Shown piece after piece: positions 26,401 through 39,590 of a stretch of DNA of 64,000 bases; position 1 is the first letter of the stretch; each line of letters opens with the position of its first letter. The notes below the pieces were generated by a model. That model had not been told where the DNA came from and did not search any database. It saw only the letters and a list, made by a program, of their open reading frames with translations. Made by a program: the position numbers and the translations under genes. Source of the DNA: Balanoglossus misakiensis (Eukaryota > Animalia > Hemichordata); contig CM082576.2 in assembly GCA_040954595.2 (NCBI GenBank), positions 18,275,028-18,339,027 of the forward strand, read 5' to 3'.

Positions 26401-27168
26401 CCTAGAACTTATGATGGTCATACTCATAAGTACATTCTAGTACTCACTGACTACTTTTCTAAAATCCCACTAGCGTATCCATTACGAAATGCACGAGCTG
26501 AGACAGTTGCTAAGGTCTTGTTTGATGAAGTCATCGCTACTTATGGCAGTCCAAGAGTTTTGATGAGTGATCAGGGATCGAATTTTTTGTCTCAAGTTGT
26601 TCAAGAAACTTGTAAATTCTTCAACATTCAAAGGAAAGTTTCCACCCCTTATCGTCCACAAACTAATGGCCTTACAGAGCGTTTTAATGGTTGCTTAGTC
26701 GACATGCTATCCATGTGTGTCGATAGTAAACAGAAAGATTGGGATCGGTGCCTAAGTTCAGTGCTTTTCGCTTATAGAGTTAGCCCTCAAGAGTCCAGTG
26801 GGTTCAGCCCTTTTTATCTGTTATACGGTCGGCATCCCACATTGCCCATGGATGTTGAATTCCAACCAGTGGAGGGTAGGACAAGAAATATAGATACACA
26901 CCTTAAACACTTAGCCACAAAAAGGGATATAGCTCATCGATACGCCAAACAAAACATAGATAGATATCAGCAGAATATGAAAGACCGCTATGATCAAAAT
27001 ATCCAGCGGTCACAGACTCTTAAAGTAGGGGATCCTGTTTATTTATATACACCCGCTGTTAAGCCTGGGGTTAATAAGAAGTTTGTACATAAATGGACGG
27101 GTCCGTATGTAATTTCAGAAGCAGTTTCCCCATGGAATTATAAATTGAGACACTTAAATAGCAATAAG
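23377..27168 (+). pseudogene. pol: Gypsy Pol (PR-RT-RNaseH-INT) in the -1 frame, with an in-frame stop at 24571-24573 and a 3' truncation
   Basis: Protease LINTGA (Asp replaced by Asn). RT motifs LDLQSGFFQ and YIDD. RNase H YTDCS...EMEAL. Integrase HHCC, D-D-E and KWTGPY. Confidence 0.92.
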
Positions 27169-27285
27169 AAATATAGCTGCAAGCAGCGATAGCGGGCCCA
27201 AGCCGAAATAGCACATAGGAACATAGCAATAAGCAATAGTGTTTGGTGCTTATTTGTGCGAAATGTAAAGATAGGATGCTATTAA

Positions 27286-28985
27286 TTAGGGTTTCGAGAC
27301 CCTCTGGTCTCGAAACCCTCTTGAAATCGTGTTGTTTTTTTATTATTATTATTATTATTATTCTTCCCACTCTTAAAAACAGCCGCTATTCGAAGACCGT
27401 TGCACCCAATGACTTGAAATTTGGCTCATAGGTAAAACTCAAAGCAAGTAATTTTCTGATCATGTAACTATGGCAACAGGTCACATGACCTGGCAGCCAT
27501 CTTGGATTGAAAGTTTAAAATTGATCTCATTTGCATAAAAAATGACGAATCAAAATTCTTTGAACAAACTTTGTGGACCATATGGCCAGGGTCCTATATG
27601 CAAAATTTCAATGTTCAAGTCTTTGCCGATTTTGAGGAGATGATTTTTAAAGCATTATTTTTCATATTTTTCAAGACCATTGGACCCAGCCTTAGGCCTA
27701 TACTTTCCATAGTTAAGCTATGGCCACCTAGGATCTTAGATTTATGCCCAATATCTCAACATCCGCTGGGCTGATCAGCTTCAAATTTATTGTGCAGCTA
27801 GCCTACCTTCCAACAATCAGTTCCAACTGGAAAAAATAATATGAAAAATCGACCGATTTTTTTATATTAATTTTTTTATGAAATCTATACCTATACGTAT
27901 TCCACTATAGTTAAGCTATGGCCAAGTCGTTTTGTAGAATTCTGGTTGGTGCAATAGTCCTATCGGCCAGTGTGCAGCATAGGACCACAAAAAGAAGCCA
28001 AATTAATTCAAGGGTCACCTGTGACACCTGCCTAACTCATTAATTATGTGCATACCTAATTCGAGGCAAACCAATAGGGCTACAGGTCTGATTTTTGTTA
28101 GACATGGACCAGTATGGGGTCAAATTATCCCCCAAAATTTGGGGTGACCTTGAGTGACCTTTGACCTTCTTCCGCATATCTCGGCATCCAGAGCAGGTAC
28201 AGCTTAGGTGTTTGGGTGGATGGTACCAAAATAAGAAGCCAAATTCAAGGGTCACCTGTGACACCTGCCTAACTCATTAATTATGTGCATACCTAATTCC
28301 AGGCAAACCAATAGGGCTACAGGTCTGATTTTTGTTGGACATGAACCAGTATGGGGTCAAATTATCCCCCAAAATTTGGGGTGACCTTGGGTGACCTTTG
28401 ACCTACTTCCTCATATCTCGGCATTTACAGCAGGTACAGCTTAGGTGTTTGGGTGGATGGTACCAAAATAAGAAGCCAAAATTTAGGGTCACCTGTGACA
28501 CCTGCCTAACTCATTAATTATGTGCATACCTAATTCTAGGCGAACCAAGGGGGCTACAGGTCTGGTGTTTGTTGGATATGTACCACTATGGGGACAAATG
28601 TTTTTGCCCACATTTTGGGTGACCTTGGGTGACCTTTGACCTACTTCCTCATATCGCGGCATCCAGAGCAGGTACAGCTTAGGTGTTTGGGAGGATGGTA
28701 CCAAAATAAGTAGCCAAAATTTAGGACCACCTGTGACACCTGCCTAACTATGTGCATAACTAAGTACACACGAACCAATAGGGCTAGATGTGTGGTTTTT
28801 ATTGGATGGACCAATATAGTGTCAAAATTTTCTGCTCATATTTAGGGTGACCTCACATGACGTTTGACCAACTTTCCCACATCCTCCACCCTGACTAATT
28901 AAATATGCACATATCTATCTCCAGGCGAACCAATAGGGCTAGCAGTGTCTCGAAACCCGCTTATTGCTGTTCACAGCTATATTTT
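27286..28985 (+). mobile_element. Complete HINE with internal ~238-bp tandem repeats
   Basis: 5' subTIR/hairpin GGGTTTCGAGACC-ctct-GGTCTCGAAACCC, then (TAT)n and 3-4 tandem units (~28010-28860). 3' subTIR GTCTCGAAACCC, stem-loop GCTG-TTCA-CAGC and a T-rich end. Confidence 0.88.
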
Positions 28986-29379
28986 ATGTAGAAGTCTTCA
29001 TTCATGTCAGTTTAAGGTGAAAGGTCCTGTGAGGTCACTGTAAATTTGGGGCAAAAAGTGTGGACTCCCATACTAGTCTATGTGCAACAAAAACCAAACT
29101 CTACTTGCACTGGTTAGCCTGGAATTAGGTATGTACATAATTTATGAGATAGGCAGGTGTAGCAGGTGCGTTGCAAATGAAGCTTTTCATTTTTGGCACA
29201 TAGTGTACAATAATGTTTAATGATTGAAGGAGTGTTGAATGTAGTTAACGTAGGTTTGTTGATAGTGAGGCATTCAAAGAAGTTGACAAGGGAAAAATTA
29301 GAGTCAAGAGGCAGTTGTAAATAAGTAGGCAGTTATTTATTTTAATCTCTGGCTGAACATAGAGGTTAAGAGGAATGGG

Positions 29380-30095
29380 AAACTAGGGTTGAAGTTATCA
29401 AGATATACTCATATGCTGTGATGCTCAAGCAAAATGCAGTAAAAAATATAAATAGAAAGTGAAACAAAGATTTCTCAAGAATGTTAAATAACAACAGCTA
29501 GACTATATTGAACTTGTGCACATAGTAAAAAAACATAGTTCACAACTTGTTGTTAAAAAACAAAGCTTTCCAAAGAATGTTGAAGGGACAAAGTCTGTCT
29601 GTCGCTGCCCTTTGGTTTTGAACTATGGGTTTGAAGTTATCAAGATATACTCAAATGCTGTGATGCTCAAGCAAAATGCAGGAAAAAATATAAATAGAAA
29701 AGTGAAACAAAGATTTCGCAAAAATGTTAAATAATAACAGTCGAACTATATTGAACTTGTGGACATAGTGAAAAACATAGTTCACAAGTTGTCGTTAAAA
29801 GCAAAGCTTTTCAAAGAATGTTAAAGGGGCAAAGTTTGTCTCTCGCTGCCCTTTGGTTTTGAACTATGGGTTTGAAATTATCAAGATATACTCATATGCT
29901 GTGATGCTCAAGCAAAATGCAGTAAAAAATATAAATAGAAAAGTGAAACAAAGATTGTGCAAAAATGTTAAATAATAACAGTCGAACTATATTGAACTTG
30001 TGGACATAGTGAAAAACATAGTTCACAAGTTGTCTTTAAAAGCAAAGCTTTCCAAAGAATGTTAAAGGGACAAAGTCTGTCTTTCGCTGTCCTTT
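29380..30095. repeat. Tandem repeat, three copies of ~240 bp (unrelated to the HINE satellite)
   Basis: TTATCAAGATATACTCA.ATGCTGTGATGCTCAAGCAAAATGCAG recurs at ~29395, 29637 and 29878. Confidence 0.9.
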
Positions 30096-30238
30096 TCTAT
30101 TAATAATGTTTGATACAAGACAGTGTTCGTATTATTCTACATGTGGATATATAGAGAATCCATATTCAATGACAAACAACTTGCATCGTGTTTGTAGGAT
30201 GTGATAGTGGGAGAAACGCCATGAAATGAGTATGATAA

Positions 30239-31338
30239 CTACTGTGAGTGAAGGGTGAATGATGTGATGACGCGGCTGTGGATGTCATAGGTAATGGAGA
30301 AGTCATGAGTTTCAGTCAGGAAGGTGGATGCTATGTTATCAGAAGTGAAGAGTACGAGTGGGTTTCCTTGTGGTTGGCCGTAATGTTGGGGGTTCAGTGT
30401 AGATATGTATGCTGTAAGTGTGGTTTTGTGAAAGTATAGTTCCAGGTATTCGTCATTGTGTTGTACTGTAATTGAACCGGTGAACTGGATGGGCATGTTT
30501 GTGGTATGTTGGGACGAGTGGCATTTTGTGCATTTTATCAGAGTTGGGAGTGTGTCATTTGGGTATGGTATGGTTTGGTTGCAGTTGTGTTTTATACATG
30601 TCAGGGTTTTTTGGAATGAGCATAGGTGTGGTTTGGTTATCAGGGTGTTTGTGTTTGGGTCAGTGTAGTGAGTGGTGTAGTTTTGCAGTGTTGTGGTTGG
30701 TGTGATTTTTGTGTTTGTGTGTGTGGATAAGTATTTTTGGCCGAGGTAAGATCTAACTGTTACTTCATTGAAACTGTATGATGTGTTAATGAGTAGGCTG
30801 TTGCTGAATGGCCCCCAAGCTGACAAGCGAATGGCTGTGGTGTGATCGGAAATTATGTTGTTTGTCATGGGAAGTGATTTGTGTGTAGATTTTAAGCCAT
30901 ACTGAATGTTGTCCTGTTGTATGATGTGTGCAGTGATGTTGATGTGTTCGTAATCTTTTTTCATGTGGACTGTATTTAGGGGAGTGATGATGTTTGGTTG
31001 CTGACAATAAGGGAATGTGCATGTGTTAATGATTTTTATGGTTGTGTTGATTTGCAGTTTGATCTCGTCTTCGTCAAGTTTGTTAAAGCATGGTTGAAAT
31101 TTTATGTCATAGAGAGTAATGGGTAGTTTCCCTGTAGCTGCAATGTTGAGAGAATCGTAATGTTTTTGTGCTGAAAATGATATGAATCTGATGTATGTAC
31201 TGGTGTTTGTTTGTAGCTGTCCGGTGAGTCTTGTGCCTGTCTGATGCAAGTTGTGGACATACCCAGTGGCTGTTGTTGGTTTGGTTGTTGCAGATGCTGG
31301 ATTGTGGATTTGTAGCATTCTTCGTTTCATGGAAGGAG
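30239..31338 (-). CDS. Terminal exon of an RPA1-like multi-OB-fold ssDNA-binding protein with a C4 zinc motif
   Basis: 363-aa ORF. INITAHII...ISDHTTAIRLSAWG...SYSFNEVTVRSYLGQKYLST resembles an RPA OB-fold (D.TG.I.LTLWG). CIKHNC...KCTKC resembles the RPA70 C-domain zinc finger. A phase-1 acceptor TTCCAG sits 8 nt before the ATG. Confidence 0.75.
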
Positions 31339-32602
31339 CTGGAAATATAGACAGTAATAGTGTGATTGTGTAGTGAATGTTAAGGGTGTGTATTTCAGTT
31401 GCTGAGAATATAGATAAGTGGAAGTTAAAGGGACAAATTCCTCTCTTGCTGCTGTTTCAACATTAATTATGTTTGATACAAAACACTGTTCATGTAATTC
31501 TACAAGTAGATATATAGTGAATTAATGTTTGACCATATACAACTTTTATGGTGCTTGTTGACATATTGAAATGAATAATTATTCTGTACTGTGTATTCAT
31601 AGAGGCGAATTTGTACTGTTGTATGATATAAACGGGGTGGAAGTTGTGTGTTGTTGAACATTGCAGGTTCACTATATCCATATGGAATAACATGAATGGT
31701 GTGTTTGACAAAACATAATTACAGGAAAGGGAGAGACTTTGTTGCTGTAACGGGAACAGTATACACATGATGATTGACAATAAGGGCAACAGTGTATTTT
31801 GATGATTGAGGACGCTGCTAGTCACAACTAAAACAGTCTTGTTTGGAAAACAGACTGTATTGGTGTGACTGGCAGTCCCGAGGTCATCAAAAATACACTG
31901 TTCCCTAAATATGTAAGTCATCATGTGTTTTATAACACACCAAACACGACACACACCACATCCAGGCAACATTACCGGGCAGAAACAGATCGAACTGATG
32001 CCTTAGGGAACAGTGCGAAATGACTAAGGTCATGTGAGAGCATTTTGACGAATTGCAATCGAGGGTTCACTGCATGGTGGTTCACTGCATGGTGTGTTAT
32101 AACATAGTTTGTGTACATAGAGAAATAGATACATACATATGGAATATGTGACTTCATAAATATGCACAGTCAATAAAAGGAAGGAACTTGTGTGCTGATG
32201 TGGACAGAGACACAAGGGATAGTTTTGCAACAACTAAGAGTAGAAACTCTGCACACCACAAATTAGAATAAGCAGGTACTCATTGTTATGTGAAAGTGGC
32301 AACCCTAATCAACATTGCATCACCTATGTGCGTTTAAAAACCATGGCTTCCCCGTTGCATTTTTGACGGGTTAGTCTCCTGATGAGTGACCCCAGTGACT
32401 AGTGAAACAACATTGTAGAGATTATTTACTGCCTATTGTTTTTCAATAACTGTGACTTTTTATTCTGGTCTGGTGAGGTATTGAGCACTTTGTATGAGAC
32501 TAGTTGAACCACATACTGCGTATACAGAAATGCATACAGAAATGTTATCGGTATGATTATGGTAACTTGAGTTTGCGTTAATTGGTTTGAAGTTGTACTC
32601 AC

Positions 32603-32659
32603 CATCTTCTGGTGCTGTACTGGTACTGGGGAACAGTTGTCTTTTTGCTGTTGTAGATG
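32603..32659 (-). CDS. Predicted 57-nt phase-1 exon of the RPA-like gene (STTAKRQLFPSTSTAPED)
   Basis: tttcaacAG acceptor, GTGAGT donor, length divisible by 3, open frame. Confidence 0.65.
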
Positions 32660-33426
32660 CTGTTGAAAGGAATACATGTGTGTTAGGAGCTTCTTAGGAT
32701 TGGGGTGTATACAAGAAACTGTTTAATGGGAATGTGTCATCTGAATTGTGTGATAATAGTAATTGTGGAGGCTGTGTTCTTGTGGCTGTGACTTTGGGAT
32801 GTAAAGGAAAATGGTGTGGCTGCTTTTGGAATGAAAGGTTGCAGTGTGGATTGTAATCTGTAAGCATGTGACACCTAGTATAGTGTAAATCAGTGTGTTA
32901 ACAAATTGGGATGTTGTTCATTGTTGTGGGATATGAAATGGCAGTGGCACATGTTGAGGTGAAGCCTAATTTTAAAGTAGTATAGTTTGGTATTAGATGT
33001 AATTGAATGAAGTGAGATATATACTGAAATCAATGAAGCCGGCAGAGCTGACACTTGCTTGGATTATTTTCCTGATTTTATTTCCTTACTTAAAATGGTT
33101 CATATGTAAGGTAAGTGACAGGATTACAGGAACACCTTTTTGGACACATGACTGAAAGTGTATGTTGCAATTTAAAAATGCTATGTATTGAGGGAGTGCT
33201 GCATCGATGTAGTCAGTGTCTATAAAAAGAGTACATAGCTTTTATGGTATGTGTAACCAAGAGATGATAAACTGATGCAAATAATAGTAGAGATTTTAGA
33301 GGAAAGAGGATATATTTGAAGAATTTTATGGAGGGGAAAATGTGGGAAATTTAGCAGGTGTAAAAGCTTTAAGAGGTCTAAGGAATGTGTGTAGCATGTG
33401 TGGAAATCATATCGAGTGGTACATAC

Positions 33427-33513
33427 CATGTGAAGATGATGGTGGATTGCTGGCTTCAGAGGCTTGTATGGCCATGGTTTGTGTGGTAGTGGGCATTGTT
33501 ACTGGAGTGGAAG
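33427..33513 (-). CDS. Predicted 87-nt phase-1 exon (STPVTMPTTTQTMAIQASEASNPPSSSH)
   Basis: cctcaacAG acceptor, GTATGT donor, open frame. Confidence 0.65.
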
Positions 33514-33737
33514 CTGTTGAGGAAATAGAGACATGTAGAAATTGTTGTCTATGTGGAAGCAATGGTGGATTTTAATGTCGAAAGAAATCTGAAGAGTGTT
33601 GTTGCTTCTTGTTTGTGAAGCTAAGCCAAAACACTCTTTGTGATCATGTGGTAGTATGGAACAAGGGAAATGTTGTTTCAGGGGAATCAGTGCTGAGGAA
33701 TTATTGCATTGTTAAAATGTTATAGAATGGTACTTAC

Positions 33738-33836
33738 CATATGTACACGATGGTGGATTGCTGTCTGCAGTGGCTTGTTTGCCCATGGTTTGTGTGAAAG
33801 GTGGTGATGTAGCTGGCATTCCTATTAGAATGGAAG
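33738..33836 (-). CDS. Predicted 99-nt phase-1 exon (SILIGMPATSPPFTQTMGKQATADSNPPSCTY)
   Basis: cctaaatAG acceptor, GTAAGT donor, open frame. Confidence 0.65.
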
Positions 33837-34474
33837 CTATTTAGGAGAAGAAAATGTTGAATATGTAATGTAGGTAACGTTGATGATGGATAGGAATTTA
33901 AGGAACTTGCAGAGTGCTCAGTTACGGTGTAATATGGTTGAACTGTGAGTGACTTCCATTTTGGGGGTTATTACTTTAGTATGCTTGCTTTGTATGTTAA
34001 CTGTACTTTTTGCAGAGCCATTGTGTACTATTCAGAATTGTTTTAAAATAAATGGAAATATGGACTTCACTTGAGAAGCTCAACACTGCGAACATTTCAT
34101 GAAGTTGTGCAAAGTAGAAGGGAGCGGAGTTGAAGCATAGGCGAATATAATACAGGGGAAAAAGTGTCAAAATCAGGATGACTAGTGGAGTCGAAATGTT
34201 AGTTATGTATTGTAAGGTTGGATGTTGAAAAAGGGAACTGGGGGTGGAAAGGTTAGGACTACATGGAAAGAAAAAGTTATATACACAGCCTTAAAGCTGA
34301 TGTAGCTGTCAAATGTCACATATATTTTCCCGAAGTGAAATAGTTTAAATGTATTGCCTGTGCTGTGAGATTCTTATCATTAAGTGATATAACTTGCATT
34401 TCTATTATTTTGTTATATCTTGGTAATGCATACCGTGATAGCTGATGTCTACTGTTTGTAAGGAGGCTGATTAA

Positions 34475-34820
34475 ACGGACAAAGTCTCTCTCCAGCTGCC
34501 CCTTTTCCATTAATTATGTTTGATACAAGACACGGGTAATGTTAATGTAAATGTTGATATATAGTGAATCAATGATCGACCACACAAAACTTCCATCCCA
34601 CTTGTATGATATGAGAGTAAAACTCGCCCAAAATGAATAAATGGTAAAGAACGATTATTCATTTTGGCGAGTTTTTTCACTCTCCTGTCTACAAGAGGGA
34701 CGGAAGTTGTGTGTGGTTGAACGTTCATTCACTATATATCCACATGTAGAATAACAAATGGTGTCTTGTATCAAATGTAATTAATGGAAAAAAGGGCAGT
34801 GAGAGAGAGACTTTGTCCCT
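34475..34820. mobile_element. Kolobok-like MITE with TTAA target duplication (decayed copies at ~30065-30240 and ~31429-31745)
   Basis: TTAA|ACGGACAAAGTCTCTCTC...GAGAGAGACTTTGTCCCT|TTAA, with ~95-bp imperfect inverted ends. Confidence 0.7.
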
Positions 34821-35023
34821 TTAAATTGGTGTGGCACTGTTTGAATACATAGGATTTCCCAATGACTACATACAGCCACAATTGCATATTTATTAGTGAG
34901 CTTATTTAGATGGAGCAATTGTAGTTGGGAAATAAAATCATGAAAAGTATGGCAAAAAATATCAGCTGTAGAGGTTTTTAGGAGAAGCTGTTGTTGGAAA
35001 TAATAAATATGTATAATACTTAC

Positions 35024-35062
35024 ATGTACTTGGTGTACATGGTAATGTAGGTGGTGGTGTAT
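35024..35062 (-). CDS. Predicted 39-nt phase-1 exon (TPPPTLPCTPST)
   Basis: atttacAG acceptor, GTAAGT donor, open frame. Confidence 0.6.
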
Positions 35063-36234
35063 CTGTAAATTGTAAAGATGAAAGAAGTATTGGGTATTAT
35101 AATAATAGTTAATTTGTCAGGGCTTGCAGTGTACGCAAAGGGCGAAACCAAGTTGCATGAAATTGTATGTGGATTATGTAGAACATACAATAGACAAGGA
35201 GGGTTTCAATTAAGGTGGGATTGCAGGAGAAGTTGTGATTTGGGCAACTGTGAGTTTTGTACATAAATTGGTAGGTCTAATACTGATCCATTTTCGGACA
35301 AATGCGTTTTGGTGGAAATGGTGCATAATCATCGGGAAGTAGCACTTTTCAGAATGAGTCTACAGCTTGAGAAATAGGTGTCAGCAATGCAAATTGTTGC
35401 TGTTCTCAGTTTGCATTTTTGCTACTTTGGACTACTTCAGGAGAATTTAGTTTTTCTGTGCATTGGCCAAATTTGCTGAAATTTTAGCAGGAAATTGTGT
35501 ATGACCCATGTAACAATATGAAAATATTTTTAGTCAATAAAGTGTCACTGGCAGTAATAAACTCTGATTCAATGCAACTCAACGTAAATTTGCTCAAATT
35601 GTCTAAAAATCTAACTTCCAAACATTCCTTCCTTAATGGGAGCAGATAACATCAAACGAAATTTTGGTAATTTTGCATGTGCACTCTAGTTTCGAATCAT
35701 ATATTAAGATGCATGATGCATGGTGAACTTTTTTAGCTGATTTCAAGTGAATGGCATAAGATCAGGAAATGGGTTTTTACCGCAAAAATGCTACCATTTT
35801 GGAGGGTCAATAAAATTTGCAAGTCAAACAAAAGTGTGAGTTTTAACGTTGTCTTTGATGAGGAATAGGCCTCTGGAAAAGTCTTGATGGTTTAGTGCAA
35901 TGCCACCTGAAGTGAGAACATGAATGAGTTCTAGTTCCTGCTGAGGCTTAACTCTAAAAATCACATCAAGGACACGGTGGTCCCATGGAGTGATTACACA
36001 AGAAAAAGTATATGGCCATATACAGACAGACACACACACACACATAGCGAGAGATCAATGGGCAAACACTGACTGACCTATAAGCTGCCAATAGCATATG
36101 TACTTTGCATACACTAAATAGAACAGCTGACCTCTTTTAAACTTAGCCAGTTATGTAATCATTGAGCAATTTGCTGTGTTTATATGAATCACAGGAGGGG
36201 ACTTCCTGCCTAATTGAAAAACTCAATAAAGTAA

Positions 36235-36530
36235 ATACACATTACTTAGCAAAGTAATCTGACCAGTAGTTCTTGAGGGACTGAGTTTTGCCCAAAGTCA
36301 TATTTTTCCAGCTAATTTGCATATTTCTTGCAATGACAACTTCATTTGAACAAACTCCTATCTACAGCCCAGCCTGCATCAGCACACCAAATATCAAGGT
36401 GACACACACAGTGGTTGTCAAGTTTTTGATGTGAATGGACATACAGACAAACATCCAATTATCCATCGATCCATACAGACACAACCGATCCCATAAACTC
36501 CCATGGTACATACCAATGGGACCCAAAAAT
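36235..36530 (-). mobile_element. 5' fragment of the HINE family seen at 17560
   Basis: Reverse-complement similarity to 17560-17860, including the terminal hairpin (CCCATGGTACATACCAATGGGACC) and a decayed microsatellite. Confidence 0.65.
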
Positions 36531-37636
36531 GATTTTTCCAGTTACAGTATCATTTACATTACAGTATCATTATCATTTGTTGAATGAAGTACATAAAGAT
36601 CATGGAAGAGATTGTGTTGCAAGTGGGTTCTTCCCCTCCGTCTCATATGCATGAGCAAGGTAGTGAATTCTAGTGGTGGGGAAATCACCAGGAAGCCCTA
36701 CTTGCTTTGTTATATCAAATGGTTTCTGGGGCATTAATTATAGCACTGACACGTGTGTAGTTTGTCGCATACTTCATAGGTTATTGTGTGTAAATCAGTG
36801 TGTGTCCTGGTACAGCAGACAAATGCACATATGTGTACACGTGTACAGGGTGTCTGATTGACTAATTTTGACAAGGCGGCGAAGTTAGCCTTGCCCATTC
36901 TGTTATTTGTCAAATGATTTTTTTACGTGCATGTCATGCGACTGTTAAATAATAACTGATGATAGCGAGGGGAAGATCACGATTTGAAGGTGGCATGAGG
37001 GATGGTGATGTCTGACCATAATGTTGTTGGCACTAGGACTGCAGGCGAGGGTATCATGAATATATTGGTGTGAGAGCACCAGCGTGAGGGCAAGCTTCAA
37101 ATTGTGAGGTTGCTTGAGCATTACTCAAAAATATAGTATGAGTTGTTCAGCTTAATTTGGGGAAAAATGAGAACAGAACATGTTTGCATACAGTCAAATT
37201 ATTATTGAACAATTAGAAAAGTTGTTTTAGAAAAGGAGATTTTTTGTACAATAAATGAGGGAAATGACAGAAAAAATCCCTGAAAACAGCCATTTTGTGG
37301 TATCATCACAAAATGGGAGAACTGTATAGAACGTATCAATAAAGTGAATACACACAAATTTGCAAAGAAATTTGATTAGTAGTTTTTGAGTTACTGAGTT
37401 TTCTCAAAATTCACATGTTTTTGCTAATTTGCATATTTTTGGTCATAACAACTTAATTTCAGTGAATTGGATTGTAGCCTAGGTAAGTACATATTATAAC
37501 TGTTTGCAAAGAAGTGGGTAGGGACAATGTAATTGGAGTTTGTGATATTTTGCTATTATGGATCGATGGAGATTTTGTATGTGGTGATTAACAGTGTGTA
37601 GGAATTATAGTTGAAACTATATAGAGTGGTACATAC

Positions 37637-37723
37637 CATATGAAGATGATGGTGGATTGCTGGCTTCAGAGGCTTGTATGTCCATGGTTTGTGTGGTAGT
37701 GGGCATTGTTACTGGAGTGGAAG
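37637..37723 (-). CDS. Predicted 87-nt phase-1 exon (duplicate of 33427-33513)
   Basis: Same splice sites as the other copy, two substitutions, open frame. Confidence 0.65.
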
Positions 37724-37947
37724 CTGTTGAGGAAATAGAGACATGTAGAAATTGTTGTCTATGTGGAAGCAATGGTCGATTTTAATGTCGAAAGAAATCT
37801 GAAGAGTGTTGTTGCTTGTTGTTTGTGAAGCTAAGCCAAAACACTCTTTGTGATCATGTGGTAGTATGGAACAAGGGAAATGTTGTTTCAGGGGAATCAG
37901 TGCTGAGGAATTATTGCATTGTTAAAATGTTATAGAATGGTACTTAC

Positions 37948-38046
37948 CATATGTACACGATGGTGGATTGCTGTCTGCAGTGGCTTGTTTGCCCATGGTT
38001 TGTGTGAAAGGTGGTGTTGTCATTGGCATTCCTATTTGAATGGAAG
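37948..38046 (-). CDS. Predicted 99-nt phase-1 exon (duplicate of 33738-33836)
   Basis: cttggcAG acceptor, GTAAGT donor, open frame. Confidence 0.65.
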
Positions 38047-38617
38047 CTGCCAAGAGAATAGAAATTTGTGAAATATGTGGTGTAATGGGAAGTGATGATG
38101 GATTGTAATTTGAAAAGTGTGAAGTGTGTTGGGTTTATTGTCATTTGATCTGTATACATTTTGAATCTAGTACTTTCATTTGGTGATGTTTGGTCAGTAT
38201 TATTGTTTTCTGTATGAAGTGCACTTTGCTTGTGAAATTTAAATCAATGTTCACTATTTTTGAAACAGGCAATTTTCAGAGAAGAGCATTGTGGTTGTTA
38301 AACGAAATAAATTGGAATGTGGAGCCTTTATGAGTAATGTGAACAGAGTAATTGTCTATGGGGGCAAGTCTCAGAGGTTATACATAAACTTTGTGTGTGT
38401 GTGGACACAAGTGACTCAAACGATTAATTCTCTGTGTTTATGAAATGCAAGTAGTGTTAAGAAAACTTGTTGGATTTTTTTCCCCAGTGTAACAGTGGTA
38501 TATGTAATGTAGAACCACATGTGTATATCGATAAGATGTTTACTTAAACCTATGAGGTTCCGGACATTTTATGGTCAATTATGCTGTGTTTGAAATTGTG
38601 GTTATTATAATACTTAC

Positions 38618-38686
38618 TAGGTGTAAAGAATGGAGTAGTTGATGGTAAAGGTGGTGGTGGAGGTAGTTGTGGTGTTCCTGTTAAAT
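38618..38686 (-). CDS. Predicted 69-nt phase-1 exon (LTGTPQLPPPPPLPSTTPFFTP)
   Basis: Pyrimidine tract then gtacAG acceptor (an alternative in-frame acceptor lies 9 nt downstream), GTAAGT donor. Confidence 0.6.
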
Positions 38687-38891
38687 CTGTACGGTCAAAA
38701 AATAGAAATGGTAGAGTAAATTGATTTGAAGTCAACTTGGATTAATCTATATAAGTAAGCTATACTGATATGTATATATTAATGTCTGATGACAATTTGA
38801 ATGTCATGGTTATAGTTGCAATGTGAAAATCTGGTAGATTGGAAAAGTGTTGCAGTGTTGTAATCCCATGGCGAGTACACAAGTATCATGA

Positions 38892-39590
38892 GTGCCTTTC
38901 ACACGTGCCGTCAACGCCGCCCCAGCAGCTGCCCTAGGGCGGCGTTAATTTGTAAGTGCCACGTGTGAAAAGGTGAGAGCGGACCTGCGCCGCTCTTTTT
39001 CTGGGACGGTGTTGAGGGGTGGGACCTGGGTCGGGGCGCCGCACTAAACAGCGATTCAAATCACGTGTGAACAGAAACACCGCACTAAACGCCGATCTAA
39101 ACGCACTCTACCGACGCGGTTTGTCTCATTAAGCGCTGCATTAAGCATTGAGGTTCACTTTACTAAAACAATGGCCGAAGCAGTGTCTCGAGGCAACAAT
39201 TGGAGTGACGCGGAAATGGCCAAGGCACATACACAGGAATTGCAAACTCGACCTCCGACGACGATTTTGTAGCATGGACTGCAGTCTTCCAATCGCAACC
39301 TCCAATGAAAGGTTACCATAAACGGGTATGGGGTCATTCAAATGCCCATGAAATTGGCGTCGACGACGTTTAAAAAGCAAATTCAGGAGTACCATATACA
39401 GTGAACACATCACTGGATCCGCCATTGTGACCTTTTAGCCACGCTGCTGTGGACGCGCGTAGAGGGAGATGACCCCGTCCCTTTTATACACATGTGAATG
39501 CAAAACAATTTGAGTCGTTGATAAGAAATGTTTACCAACTTTTATAATCCCAAAAAGGGCGCCCTAACCATGGCACATGTGCAAGCGGCT
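38892..39590. mobile_element. Probable PIF/Harbinger-derived non-autonomous element
   Basis: GC-rich island with imperfect inverted ends GCCTTTCACACGTGCC / GGCACATGTGCAAGCGGC and repeated CAC(G/A)TGTG motifs. TSD is not clean. Confidence 0.45.

Larger units (their letters stand above)
22147..27168 (+). mobile_element. Ty3/Gypsy LTR retrotransposon with truncated 5' LTR; 3' end cut by the Helentron insertion
   Basis: Partial LTR 22147-22328, then PBS TGGTGGAGAA (tRNA-Ala-like), gag, and PR-RT-RH-INT pol. Confidence 0.92.
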
